Below are positions 6,260 through 14,793 of a stretch of DNA of 20,000 nt, piece after piece. The notes under the pieces were generated by a model. That model was not told the DNA's origin. It saw only the letters and a list, made by a program, of their open reading frames with translations, and ran no database searches. Origin of the DNA: an uncultured virus (IMG/VR IMGVR_UViG_3300002092_000039) (lineage: Duplodnaviria > Heunggongvirae > Uroviricota > Caudoviricetes); the IMG/VR virus record IMGVR_UViG_3300002092_000039. One strand, given 5' to 3'. The position numbers and the translations under genes are program-made. Each line of letters begins with the position of its first letter. Position 1 is the stretch's first letter.

Positions 6260-6952
6260 ATGAAACTCATTATTGTATTAATGGCATTAACATTGGCAGG
6301 GTGTACTGCTAATACATTTACTGTTGACTCAAGGCGAGGTAATGCACCACAGACGCAAAGCCTTATACAGGCAAGTGAGAGTGTTGGAACAAAATCAAAT
6401 AGTCCAACATTAATACGTATTTTTAAGGAATCACATGAGCTTGAGCTTTGGCGAAAGACTACTAGTGGTGAGTATGCTCTAGTTAGGTCCTACGACATTT
6501 GCACATTCAGTGGCGATCTTGGTCCTAAAAATAAGCAGGGTGACAGGCAAGCACCTGAAGGCTTTTACTCCATTACGTCACATCAGATGAATTACAACAG
6601 TATTAGATTCCTAAGTATGAATACAGGCTTCCCCAATGACTACGATAGGTTTCATAAGGCAACTGGATCTGCACTTATGATTCATGGTGGATGTGACAGT
6701 GCCGGGTGTTATGCAATCCAAGATGGGCCCATGCAGGAAGTATTTACAGCAGTTCGTGATTCATTAAAAGCAGGGCAAAAGTCAGTACAGTTGCAAATCT
6801 ATCCATATCGTATGAGTAAATGGGCAATGATAACTCATAAGTCAAAGCATGAGGATTTTTGGCATCAGCTTAAATTTGGATACGATAAGTTTGAATCTAC
6901 TAGACGAGAACTGGATGTCACAGTGGTCAAGGGACGTTACCAAGTAAAGTAA
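6260..6952 (+). CDS. L,D-transpeptidase-family (YkuD; YafK/DpaA-like) lipoprotein
   Basis: Lipobox LAGC; RIFKESHELELW; GDLGPK..QGDRQAPEGFY; catalytic IHGGCDSAGC; FW.QLK.GYD.FE. Confidence 0.92.
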   Translation: MKLIIVLMALTLAGCTANTFTVDSRRGNAPQTQSLIQASESVGTKSNSPTLIRIFKESHELELWRKTTSGEYALVRSYDICTFSGDLGPKNKQGDRQAPEGFYSITSHQMNYNSIRFLSMNTGFPNDYDRFHKATGSALMIHGGCDSAGCYAIQDGPMQEVFTAVRDSLKAGQKSVQLQIYPYRMSKWAMITHKSKHEDFWHQLKFGYDKFESTRRELDVTVVKGRYQVK

Positions 6953-6992
6953 GTGACATTTTTATAGTCAGATATTGGATAAATATTTGGCT

Positions 6993-7727
6993 ATGAAACA
7001 GAATTTTCAGAACCTTGACCAATTTGAATATTGGAATCTAATAAGAGAAATAGGCTCATTTAATGACAAATGGGAAGATTCTGTCGCAACCAAATCAGAA
7101 ATCTTCAACAGATTGATTAAGAATTTAGATCAAAATTCCATAACGATTTTGTTACCAAAGTTTAATCCCATTGCTTTACATCTGGCAAGGTCATACTCAG
7201 TCAGTGTAATTGGACCAGTTGAACTTAGAACTATTTTTGACATGACTAATATCAAACTGTATCCATCTGTTGATGCAGTGTCGCAAAAATATGATGTTGT
7301 ATTGGCATTGGATGAATATTTTACCTTTGCAGTTGATGAACAGGATCAACGCAACAAGCTTGGGGCGATGAGCAAGCTAACAAATGGTTGGTTAATTACC
7401 ACTTTACAAGACTATAAGAACTTTGCACCACATAAAAAGAATCAGATTGAAGCAGTTGCCATTAACAGTGAACATAACTATATTATGTTAGAGAACAGTA
7501 TTGCTGATAAAAAAGATAAGCAACTCTGGTATCATTATTGGTGCTGTATTAAAGATCACAATGAACTATTGAATTTTGGTCCCAGTACAAGACGTACAAT
7601 GTATTTTAAGCAGTTAGCAAAATACAGCAGTGACGTCGGCAGTAAACAATATGTGATACAAAAGAACTTGCTTTATAAAGGCTTTTTCAGTAAAATGTTT
7701 GAACATATTATTACTGTGAATTTTTAA
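6993..7727 (+). CDS. Hypothetical protein, possibly a degenerate class I SAM-methyltransferase fold
   Basis: KYDVVLALDEYFTF and LTNGWLIT resemble MTase motifs, but there is no Gly-rich motif I. ATG 6993 after TAAATA (6980-6985) is preferred to TTG 6975. Confidence 0.65.
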   Translation: MKQNFQNLDQFEYWNLIREIGSFNDKWEDSVATKSEIFNRLIKNLDQNSITILLPKFNPIALHLARSYSVSVIGPVELRTIFDMTNIKLYPSVDAVSQKYDVVLALDEYFTFAVDEQDQRNKLGAMSKLTNGWLITTLQDYKNFAPHKKNQIEAVAINSEHNYIMLENSIADKKDKQLWYHYWCCIKDHNELLNFGPSTRRTMYFKQLAKYSSDVGSKQYVIQKNLLYKGFFSKMFEHIITVNF

Positions 7728-8707
7728 TGATCAACTTGGACCTAGAAGCACTTATTAAAACTCAAATTGAACAAGCTGTCAAAAATTATATTGACGGTGC
7801 AATTGATGCCATAATCAACAAGGTAGCTGTTAAAGTACATAATGAAATTGATACTTCATTACGGTCCTTGCAGTTTCCTGAAGGAAGTATTGCATCATCA
7901 GCAATTGCTTGGCAACCATATTCACTATCGGGATCATATATTTCCGGTGGATCAATCAAAAACTTCAGTAGCACAGGCATTGAAGACAAGTCCAACAATG
8001 TACAGTTAACAATACTTGATGATCATGTTGTTGTTGAAGGTGAATTTACAGCAATGAACCTTACCGCGGCGGATACGGTAACAACAAAGCATCTTAGTCT
8101 AACTGGTACACTGGAAATTGGTACTGATATTATTGACCATGGCGCATTAGCTGGATTAATTCAAACTCATTTTGACAATAAAATACAAGAATCATTGGAA
8201 CCATTCAATGAATTTCTAAACAATGGCACGCCACTGGTACAACGTGAAAGTCTAGCTAATACCGTTACCAGTAGTAACTTACGCAAGCTTGGTAATTTGA
8301 CTGAGTTGAATGTACTTGGTGATGCAAAGTTCAGTGAAACATTATACATTGGGTCCAATGGTAGGGTTGGTATTAATACTGAGGAACCCAGTGGCGCATT
8401 GACAATTTGGGACGAGAACGCCGAAGTAAGCTTTATTAAATCCAGTAAAAAGACAATGTATATTGGTAGTACCAGAGGCAGTAACCTTGAACTTGGTGTT
8501 AACCTTGAAGGCAAAATAATCATTAATGAGGATGGTGTCACGATTCCAGATCCCATTACATTCATGGGCGTTAAGATCAGTACAAGTACTACAGTACCAG
8601 AAGGTGATGGATCACCCAATGAAATATGCTATGTTTTACATGTAAGAGAAGATCAACCCAGATTCTATATTTGTCTAGGTGGAAACAAATGGAAGGCACT
8701 AGCCTAA
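7727..8707 (+). CDS. Probable virion structural/fibre-like protein
   Basis: Gly/Ser/Thr-rich beta-type sequence with SNLRKLGNLTELNVLG, GRVGINTEEPSGALTI and a C-terminal ICLGGNKWK. TAATG-coupled. Confidence 0.65.
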   Translation: MINLDLEALIKTQIEQAVKNYIDGAIDAIINKVAVKVHNEIDTSLRSLQFPEGSIASSAIAWQPYSLSGSYISGGSIKNFSSTGIEDKSNNVQLTILDDHVVVEGEFTAMNLTAADTVTTKHLSLTGTLEIGTDIIDHGALAGLIQTHFDNKIQESLEPFNEFLNNGTPLVQRESLANTVTSSNLRKLGNLTELNVLGDAKFSETLYIGSNGRVGINTEEPSGALTIWDENAEVSFIKSSKKTMYIGSTRGSNLELGVNLEGKIIINEDGVTIPDPITFMGVKISTSTTVPEGDGSPNEICYVLHVREDQPRFYICLGGNKWKALA

Positions 8708-8802
8708 TGTTTATTGTAAACTTTTTTAAAAATCTTTATTACAAGTGGCAAAGACGTAGGTTAATTGCAAAACTTCGTAAACAAGATCCTTTCATCTACT
8801 AA
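8707..8802 (+). CDS. 31-aa basic peptide MFIVNFFKNLYYKWQRRRLIAKLRKQDPFIY (not in ORF track)
   Basis: Fills the gap exactly, with TAATG overlaps at both ends (8705-8709 and 8800-8804). Confidence 0.75.
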   Translation: MFIVNFFKNLYYKWQRRRLIAKLRKQDPFIY

Positions 8803-10256
8803 TGATACTTGGCATTAATGCACTCAATCATGATGCTGCCATATGTCTCGTTAATAATAGCGAGATAAGGTTTGCTGGTCATGCTGAACGATACAGTCGT
8901 CGTAAGAATGACAGTGAATTACATCATAGACTGTTGTCTGACTGTTGTAATTATGGCACTCCAACTGAGATAGTTTGGTTTGAAAAACCACTTAGTAAAG
9001 CAATGCGTCGTTGGTACGCCGGCGAAACTCCCGTCTTTCAGAATGTAACCAAACATTTGAAAGAACACGGCCTTGGTAATTTACCTGTCACATATGTTCC
9101 TCATCATGCTGCTCACGCCGCAATGGGATTTTATACCAGTAAGTTTCCCAATGCTGCTGTCATTGTAGTAGATGCAATAGGGGAATGGGATACGACTAGT
9201 ATTTGGTCTGCTGACGGCACAGGGTTAAAATGTATCTTTAAGAACACTTACCCCAATAGCATGGGATTATTTTACAGTGCTGCTACCCAAGCAATTGGGC
9301 TTAAACCCAATGAGGAAGAATATATCCTTATGGGAATGGCTGCGTTTGGAAAACCAACATATACACAGTTGTTAAAGGATAGACTTTTTAAAGTATGGGA
9401 TGGGCCCAGATCAAAACTGAGACACAATCTTCACCGTGGTATGAAGCCCTGGATAACTGTGCAGCCCAATGACTATGCCAACTTTGCAGCAAGTGTACAA
9501 GCAATATTTGAAGAGTATATGTTTAGCTTGTGTGCTTATGCTCAAGTACGTATTCCCAGCAAGAACCTAATAATTGCTGGCGGCGGCGCATTAAATTGCG
9601 CCACAAATGGAAGAATTGATCAATTAAAAGTATTTGACCGTATATGGGTTCCACCTAATCCTGGAGATGCAGGGTTAAGTTTGGGTGCTATTGCGTATCA
9701 TACAAAGCAACCAATTGATTTTGATCATGCTTATCTTGGATATGATATTAAAAAGCATGTGGACATAGAGTCCATCATCAATAAACTTTCAAATGGTGAA
9801 GTTATTGGTGTAGCCAATGGGCGAGCAGAGTTTGGCCCACGAGCATTGGGCAACCGTAGTATATTGGCAGATCCTCGTGGCCCCGATGTCAAAGACCGTG
9901 TCAATGCTGTTAAGAAGCGTGAACCATTTAGGCCATTTGCTCCTGTCATACTAGCAGAATATGCAGATGAATATTTTAAATTGAATCATAACAACTATGA
10001 TTATATGCAATTTGCTGTTAAATGCAGACGCCCAGACCTATTCCCTGCTATTATACATGTTGATGGAACCAGCCGAGTTCAAACTGTGAATAAGGATAGT
10101 CCCAGTATTATTCGCCCAATATTGGAAGCATGGTATGCAAAGACTGGGTGCCCAATGTTACTGAATACCAGTCTGAATGTCAAAGGTGAACCATTGGTTA
10201 ACAACGCATTTGATGCTAGAATGTTTGGTAATATTAATAAGATACCAGTATTCTAG
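8802..10256 (+). CDS. Carbamoyltransferase (NodU/CmcH/TobZ family)
   Basis: HDAA, ERYSRRKND, HHAAHAA, DAIGE, GGGALNC, PGDAG, EFGPRALGNRSILADP, KKREPFRPFAP, HVDGTSRVQTV, LNTSLN.KGEP. Confidence 0.96.
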   Translation: MILGINALNHDAAICLVNNSEIRFAGHAERYSRRKNDSELHHRLLSDCCNYGTPTEIVWFEKPLSKAMRRWYAGETPVFQNVTKHLKEHGLGNLPVTYVPHHAAHAAMGFYTSKFPNAAVIVVDAIGEWDTTSIWSADGTGLKCIFKNTYPNSMGLFYSAATQAIGLKPNEEEYILMGMAAFGKPTYTQLLKDRLFKVWDGPRSKLRHNLHRGMKPWITVQPNDYANFAASVQAIFEEYMFSLCAYAQVRIPSKNLIIAGGGALNCATNGRIDQLKVFDRIWVPPNPGDAGLSLGAIAYHTKQPIDFDHAYLGYDIKKHVDIESIINKLSNGEVIGVANGRAEFGPRALGNRSILADPRGPDVKDRVNAVKKREPFRPFAPVILAEYADEYFKLNHNNYDYMQFAVKCRRPDLFPAIIHVDGTSRVQTVNKDSPSIIRPILEAWYAKTGCPMLLNTSLNVKGEPLVNNAFDARMFGNINKIPVF

Positions 10257-10284
10257 TTGACATTGTGTTACTTGGGTGTATACT
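10257..10284 (+). promoter_or_regulatory. Sigma70-type promoter, probably leaderless uvsE mRNA
   Basis: TTGACA (10257-10262), 16 nt, TATACT (10279-10284). ATG 10291 follows after 6 nt. Confidence 0.65.
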
Positions 10285-10290
10285 TGTAAT

Positions 10291-11328
10291 ATGACACAAC
10301 GTATCGGCTTTTGCTGCAAATGGATTGATGGTCCCAGTCAAATCAATGGGGTCAATCAAAAAGACACTGCCAAGGAGTTCAACACTGGCACAACCACTAT
10401 TACTTGGTTGAACAGGCAAACTCGTAGTGCCGCCGAAGATAGACTTTGGCTGCTGATGAAACAGAATCTTGAAGCAACTCGAAAACTTGTTGAACGTGTA
10501 GGAGATTTACCCAATGCATTACGAATGGTACGAATTAGTAGCGATCTTTTGCCTGCTTATACTGAGTCTAATTGGAGTTACTTTTGGCGTCAAGCAGATG
10601 TTAGATCATTTGCTGAGTTGGGGTTCCAGCGTATTGGTAAAATTGCGAGAGATCGCGACGTTCGTTTGTCTTTCCATCCTGGCCAGTTTTGTGTGTTGGC
10701 AAGTAATAGCGATGATGTCGTAAATAGAAGTATAGAGGAGTTTGAATATCATGTTGACATGGCACGTTGGATGGGCTACGGACGAGAATGGCATGACCAC
10801 GGGTTCAAGGTCAACGTACACATTGCTGGACGTCGGGGTCCTGCCGGAATTGTCGCTGCTTTGGGTCGTCTTAGCCCTGAGGCTAGGAATCTTATAACTA
10901 TTGAGAACGAAGAAAATGCGTGGGGATTAGATGACTGTCTTAGTATTGGACGTGATGTTGCTATTGTTCTGGACGTTCATCACCATTGGGTCAATACGGG
11001 CGAGTACATTGTGGCCACTGACGACAGAGTTAAACAGGTTGAATCTTCTTGGCGCGGTGTTAGGCCTACTCTTCATTATAGTTGCAGCCGTGAGGACATA
11101 CTGGGACATCATGACCCTGTTGTAATGCCCGATATGTTTGCCCTGCTTGAATCTGGTCATAAGAAACAGAAGCTTAGGGCACACAGTAACTTCATGTGGA
11201 ATCGTGCTGTTAACATGTATGTCAGTGAGTTCTGGGACAGGTTTGACATACAGGTTGAGAGCAAGGCCAAGAATCTTGCCAGTCATGCACTATATGAGGA
11301 ACTATGCAGGAACAACTTGAACAGCTGA
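10291..11328 (+). CDS. uvsE: UV-damage repair endonuclease (UvsE/UVDE)
   Basis: RIGFCCK, RISSDLLP, RLSFHPGQFCVL, NVHIAG, ITIENEE, LDVHHHW, RAHS, ESKAKNLA. Start moved from GTG 10276 to ATG 10291. Confidence 0.95.
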   Translation: MTQRIGFCCKWIDGPSQINGVNQKDTAKEFNTGTTTITWLNRQTRSAAEDRLWLLMKQNLEATRKLVERVGDLPNALRMVRISSDLLPAYTESNWSYFWRQADVRSFAELGFQRIGKIARDRDVRLSFHPGQFCVLASNSDDVVNRSIEEFEYHVDMARWMGYGREWHDHGFKVNVHIAGRRGPAGIVAALGRLSPEARNLITIENEENAWGLDDCLSIGRDVAIVLDVHHHWVNTGEYIVATDDRVKQVESSWRGVRPTLHYSCSREDILGHHDPVVMPDMFALLESGHKKQKLRAHSNFMWNRAVNMYVSEFWDRFDIQVESKAKNLASHALYEELCRNNLNS

Positions 11329-11459
11329 TTAAAGAAACCATGCAGTGGCGAGAGTACCATCGTGTCAATAGAAATCAAATTGATGCTGCTGCTTGTGCCA
11401 TTAGACTAACTGCACTTCAAGAAGTATTGTCAATTATTAAAAAGGCACTAAACACATAA
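11304..11459 (+). CDS. 51-aa helical hypothetical protein (not in ORF track)
   Basis: MQEQLEQLIKETMQWREYHRVNRNQIDAAACAIRLTALQEVLSIIKKALNT. GAGGA upstream; its TAA overlaps the ATG of the radical SAM gene. Confidence 0.65.
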   Translation: MQEQLEQLIKETMQWREYHRVNRNQIDAAACAIRLTALQEVLSIIKKALNT

Positions 11460-12646
11460 TGGCAATTGGTAAAAATATATGTGTGGTTCCATTTACTCAA
11501 ATAACTTATGGTGCTTTTGATAATGCAAGTCCTTGTCCATATTTGGGTGGGGACATATGGCACTTTGATTCCAATACTACATTAACTGATATTTGGCTTA
11601 GTCCAGAATATGAAGCATTACGCCAATCATTTAAACAAAATGATAAGAATGAAATATGCAGCAGATGTTGGCGTGAAGAGGAACATGGTAAGCAGAGTGC
11701 TAGAAAACTTGAATTAATTAGTTCCAAGTACAAGAAGGATATTGTTAACGTAGTTGACGGCGACTACAAATTAGGACCAAAACAAATTAATCTAAGAGTC
11801 AGCAATATTTGCAATCTTAGATGCAGACCCTGCAACGGGCAAAGTTCCTCTACATATTCCATTGAGGGAAAGTATTATGAAGAAAAAAATAATCTCCCTC
11901 AGACAACGTATACACGCCTTTCCGATCCCACTCAATTTAGTGACAAACAGATAGATGGGATTTATGAACTTTCCAATAATCTTCGTTACATTGGGTTCTA
12001 TGGTGGAGAACCATTAGTGGATAAGCCAACGCTGCGGTTATTGGAAAAGCTAGTGGAAAGTGGCAGAAGCAAACAGATTACTCTATACTATAATACCAAT
12101 GGCATATCTGTACCCACAGCAAAACATTTGGATCTCTGGCGTCAATTTGAAAGCATTGAATTTAAATTTAGTATTGATGCCATTGACAAACAGTTTACCT
12201 ATATTAGACACCCGGGTAAATGGCAGGAGTTGCTGGAAAACGTAAATTTTATTAAGAATGATCTTTCTAATTTAATTGGTATTCCAGTATCATGCGGCAT
12301 TATATGTACTGTGCAGATACTAAATGTATTTTATCTGCCAGAAATAATATCTGCATTTGATAAATTTGAGATGTCGTGTTTTTTAAATTTAGTTACTAAG
12401 CCTGCTTATTATGACATACGACATATACCAACTGATGTTAAGCAACAGATCATTGACAAGCTATCACTTATGCAGCAAAAATCTGATATTGCATCCATTA
12501 TATCAATCTTGAAATCAGAGTATAATCCAAAGCATTGGGAAGAATTTAAATTTTGGTCACGGCAGAAGGATGCTTATCGTAAGGAAAATTTCGCCGCAAC
12601 TTTTCCAGAATTCTTTAAGATCATAACTGAACTGGGACATTGGTAA
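11459..12646 (+). CDS. Radical SAM protein with an N-terminal SPASM/twitch-like Cys domain
   Basis: CNLRCRPC (CxxxCxxC), GGEPL, YNTNG, SIDA; N-terminal CVVPF...SPC...CSRC. Confidence 0.92.
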   Translation: MAIGKNICVVPFTQITYGAFDNASPCPYLGGDIWHFDSNTTLTDIWLSPEYEALRQSFKQNDKNEICSRCWREEEHGKQSARKLELISSKYKKDIVNVVDGDYKLGPKQINLRVSNICNLRCRPCNGQSSSTYSIEGKYYEEKNNLPQTTYTRLSDPTQFSDKQIDGIYELSNNLRYIGFYGGEPLVDKPTLRLLEKLVESGRSKQITLYYNTNGISVPTAKHLDLWRQFESIEFKFSIDAIDKQFTYIRHPGKWQELLENVNFIKNDLSNLIGIPVSCGIICTVQILNVFYLPEIISAFDKFEMSCFLNLVTKPAYYDIRHIPTDVKQQIIDKLSLMQQKSDIASIISILKSEYNPKHWEEFKFWSRQKDAYRKENFAATFPEFFKIITELGHW

Positions 12647-13242
12647 TGGATGACATTCTAATAATTGATGATGCAGTATCAAAGGAAACTATGGATCATT
12701 TAGAAAAGTTGGTTACAAGTGTAATTTTCCCATGGCATTATCATCATACCAGTGCTTATAGTTTAGACGACATAAAGAAGTTGGGTTTAACAGAAGAATT
12801 TGTCATTAACTCTGTCGACACTCCTTTTATGAGTCATATACTTTGGAATGATGGTCCCAATTCTAATTTTACAAATGATTTTTTACCAGCGGCGGAAGTA
12901 ATACCCAATATTGATGATTATACTGTTGTTAGATTTAAATTGAACCTAACATTCCCCTCACCAGGATGTAATGAAAATACACACAGCTACCCACACTGTG
13001 ATCTTTTCTACCTTAAAGAGGATTATCTAACTGCAATTTATTATATCAATGACAGCGTGGGCGATACATTCATTTTTAATGAAAAATGGGGTCATTTTGG
13101 TGCTTTAACAGTGAAACAACGTATAACACCCAAAAAGGGAAGGCTAGTTGTATTCAATGGCAAGCTGTTACATGCTGGCAATAATCCACTGGTGGGAAAT
13201 GCTGGTAGATTGGTTGCAAACATAAATTTAATTAAAAAATAG
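12646..13242 (+). CDS. 2OG-Fe(II) oxygenase
   Basis: HxD (PHCD), AIYYIND..GDT, PKKGRLVVFNG, LHAG and distal Arg (GRLVANIN). ATG 12646 overlaps the upstream TAA. Confidence 0.88.
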   Translation: MDDILIIDDAVSKETMDHLEKLVTSVIFPWHYHHTSAYSLDDIKKLGLTEEFVINSVDTPFMSHILWNDGPNSNFTNDFLPAAEVIPNIDDYTVVRFKLNLTFPSPGCNENTHSYPHCDLFYLKEDYLTAIYYINDSVGDTFIFNEKWGHFGALTVKQRITPKKGRLVVFNGKLLHAGNNPLVGNAGRLVANINLIKK

Positions 13243-13273
13243 TTGACACACAATCTATTCTCATGTATAAATA
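13243..13273 (+). promoter_or_regulatory. Composite promoter: sigma70 -35 plus T4-late-like TATAAATA
   Basis: TTGACA (13243-13248), 17 nt, TATAAATA (13266-13273). Confidence 0.7.
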
Positions 13274-13277
13274 ATTG

Positions 13278-13289
13278 TGCAATGCAGCA
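13278..13289 (+). promoter_or_regulatory. PhaR-box-like operator
   Basis: TGCAATGCAGCA fits the TGCRNYGCASMA consensus I recall for rhizobial PhaR. It lies over the predicted transcription start. Confidence 0.6.
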
Positions 13290-13318
13290 CAAAGCTGCAA
13301 CCAACAAGGAGAAGTAAA

Positions 13319-13519
13319 ATGGCTACCAAGACTGCTGATTTTGATACCGACAAGTATTTGGATGAATATAACAAGAACGCCCGCATGATGCTTATGATGG
13401 TTTATCCCACTGAGCTTCGTACAATTTTTGAGAAGACAATTGATATTCAAGTTGACGCTGCCAAGTTAATTACTAAGACTTTAACTGAAGCTGTTGCCAA
13501 GATTATCCCCGCTAAGTAA
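13319..13519 (+). CDS. 66-aa amphipathic helical protein, possibly phasin-like
   Basis: AAGGAG SD before ATG 13319 (MATKTADFD...). Ala/Thr/Lys-rich helical pattern. The phasin label is inferred from the operator and composition only. Confidence 0.65.
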   Translation: MATKTADFDTDKYLDEYNKNARMMLMMVYPTELRTIFEKTIDIQVDAAKLITKTLTEAVAKIIPAK

Positions 13520-13527
13520 AAAATAAA

Positions 13528-13556
13528 TTGACATCCTATTGACAAGCATATATAAT
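13528..13556 (+). promoter_or_regulatory. Consensus sigma70 promoter
   Basis: TTGACA (13528-13533), 17 nt, TATAAT (13551-13556). AGGAG at 13570-13574. Confidence 0.88.
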
Positions 13557-13580
13557 TGTGCTTATCGATAGGAGTTAACT

Positions 13581-14051
13581 ATGTTAGAAAATATTATCAT
13601 CCTGGGATTTATTGGTTTAGTTGGATATGGCCTATACAAGGTTATTTTCAAAAAGGAAACCCCAGCAGAAGCAGCAAACGAAATTAAGAATGAAGTTGTT
13701 GCAGAAGAAAAGAAAGTTGAAGAAGCAGTAGCACCAGTTGTAGTTGCCGAAGTTGCTAAGATTGTTGAAGAAGCTAAAGCTGTAGAAGCCAAAGTTGAAC
13801 AAATCGTAGTTACTGAAGTTGCTAAAGTTGAAGCCGCTGTTGTAGCAGAAGCAGTTAAGGTAGAAGAAATCGTAGTTGCTGAAGTTGCTAAGGTAGAAGA
13901 AGTTGTAGTTACTGAAGTTAAGAAGGCAAAGGCTCGTGTTAAGAAGGCAGCTGATGTCAACCAAGACGGTAAGGTAGATGCCGCAGATGTTAAGGCTGCT
14001 GCTAAGAAGGTTGCCGCAAGAGTAACCAAACCTAAGAAGACCAAGACGTAA
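13581..14051 (+). CDS. Membrane-anchored repeat protein with an EF-hand/dockerin-like loop and a basic tail
   Basis: N-terminal hydrophobic helix, roughly 11-aa V/E/A/K repeats, DVNQDGKVDAAD, then a K/A-rich C-terminus. Has its own promoter, SD and terminator. Confidence 0.85.
   Translation: MLENIIILGFIGLVGYGLYKVIFKKETPAEAANEIKNEVVAEEKKVEEAVAPVVVAEVAKIVEEAKAVEAKVEQIVVTEVAKVEAAVVAEAVKVEEIVVAEVAKVEEVVVTEVKKAKARVKKAADVNQDGKVDAADVKAAAKKVAARVTKPKKTKT
13737..13925 (+). repeat. Degenerate ~33-nt coding tandem repeat (IVVxEVAKVEE)
   Basis: Units VVVAEVAKIVEE, IVVTEVAKVEA, AVVAEAVKVEE, IVVAEVAKVEE, VVVTEVKK. Confidence 0.8.
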
Positions 14052-14063
14052 CTTGGCATAACT

Positions 14064-14089
14064 GGGGTGGATTCGTCCACCCCTTTTTT
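14064..14089 (+). terminator. Rho-independent terminator
   Basis: GGGGTGGA-TTCG-TCCACCCC followed by TTTTTT. Confidence 0.92.
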
Positions 14090-14106
14090 CATGATTGAAA
14101 GCAAAA

Positions 14107-14793
14107 ATGCAAATTAACATATATCAAATCTATCATTCACCTGAACTTGTAGACAAACTTGATCCTGCATTTATTCCATATGACCACAGTGTCTTTACCA
14201 GTGAGAATAAAGATCTAAGCAATCGTCTTAGGGAATGGCCCATTATCAGAGATCTGGGATACAAGCAAGCAATCAATGACAAGTCAGATGCATGGGGCTT
14301 TGTAAGCTATAAGTTTCAAGAAAAAACAAACACAACAGGGCAACAGTTTGTAGATTTTATACAGGCTAATCCTGACAATGATGTTTGGTTTATGGAACCT
14401 GAATATGTTAATAATCCATTCTTTAATCCCTGGGTACAAGGTGATACCTATCATCCTGGAGTAAGTCAAATACCCAATGCTATCTTTAAGAAGGATGGCA
14501 ATCCAATTGATGTTACTACAATTCCCATGCCATTTTGTTGGTATAATTTCTTTGTGGGAACAACAAAGTTTTGGAATCTATATTTCCATGTAATTGATAC
14601 TATAATTGATAAAAGTAAAACAAGTTCCAAACTTGAAAAGGTATTATTTGATATGGGTGCAGGGCATGGTAATGATCCAACTGTCCCTTATTTTATCTTT
14701 GTTGTTGAGCGTATGTTTCCAACACTGTTGGCTTTGACTGATTTAAAGGCAGCGGGCTTAAAGTATAAACACGCTGACTTTGTTTTTAGGTAA
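14107..14793 (+). CDS. Hypothetical protein, possibly glycosyltransferase-related
   Basis: IYQIYH...LDPAFIPYD, WGFVSYKF, YNFFVG, FVVERMF. ATG 14107 is preferred to TTG 14095. Function not established. Confidence 0.7.
   Translation: MQINIYQIYHSPELVDKLDPAFIPYDHSVFTSENKDLSNRLREWPIIRDLGYKQAINDKSDAWGFVSYKFQEKTNTTGQQFVDFIQANPDNDVWFMEPEYVNNPFFNPWVQGDTYHPGVSQIPNAIFKKDGNPIDVTTIPMPFCWYNFFVGTTKFWNLYFHVIDTIIDKSKTSSKLEKVLFDMGAGHGNDPTVPYFIFVVERMFPTLLALTDLKAAGLKYKHADFVFR

Noticed and set aside
8167..8619. 150-aa antisense ORF and the other short overlapping ORFs in the track (e.g. 4584-4961, 10927-11286, 16621-16917)
   Set aside because: They overlap well-supported genes and show no recognisable motifs or expression signals.
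13737..13925. CRISPR array
   Set aside because: The repeats are degenerate, in-frame and coding, with no unique spacers and no cas genes.
13562..14120. Two long antisense ORFs (180 aa and 162 aa)
   Set aside because: Shadows of the low-complexity repeat gene; the + strand gene has the promoter, SD and terminator.
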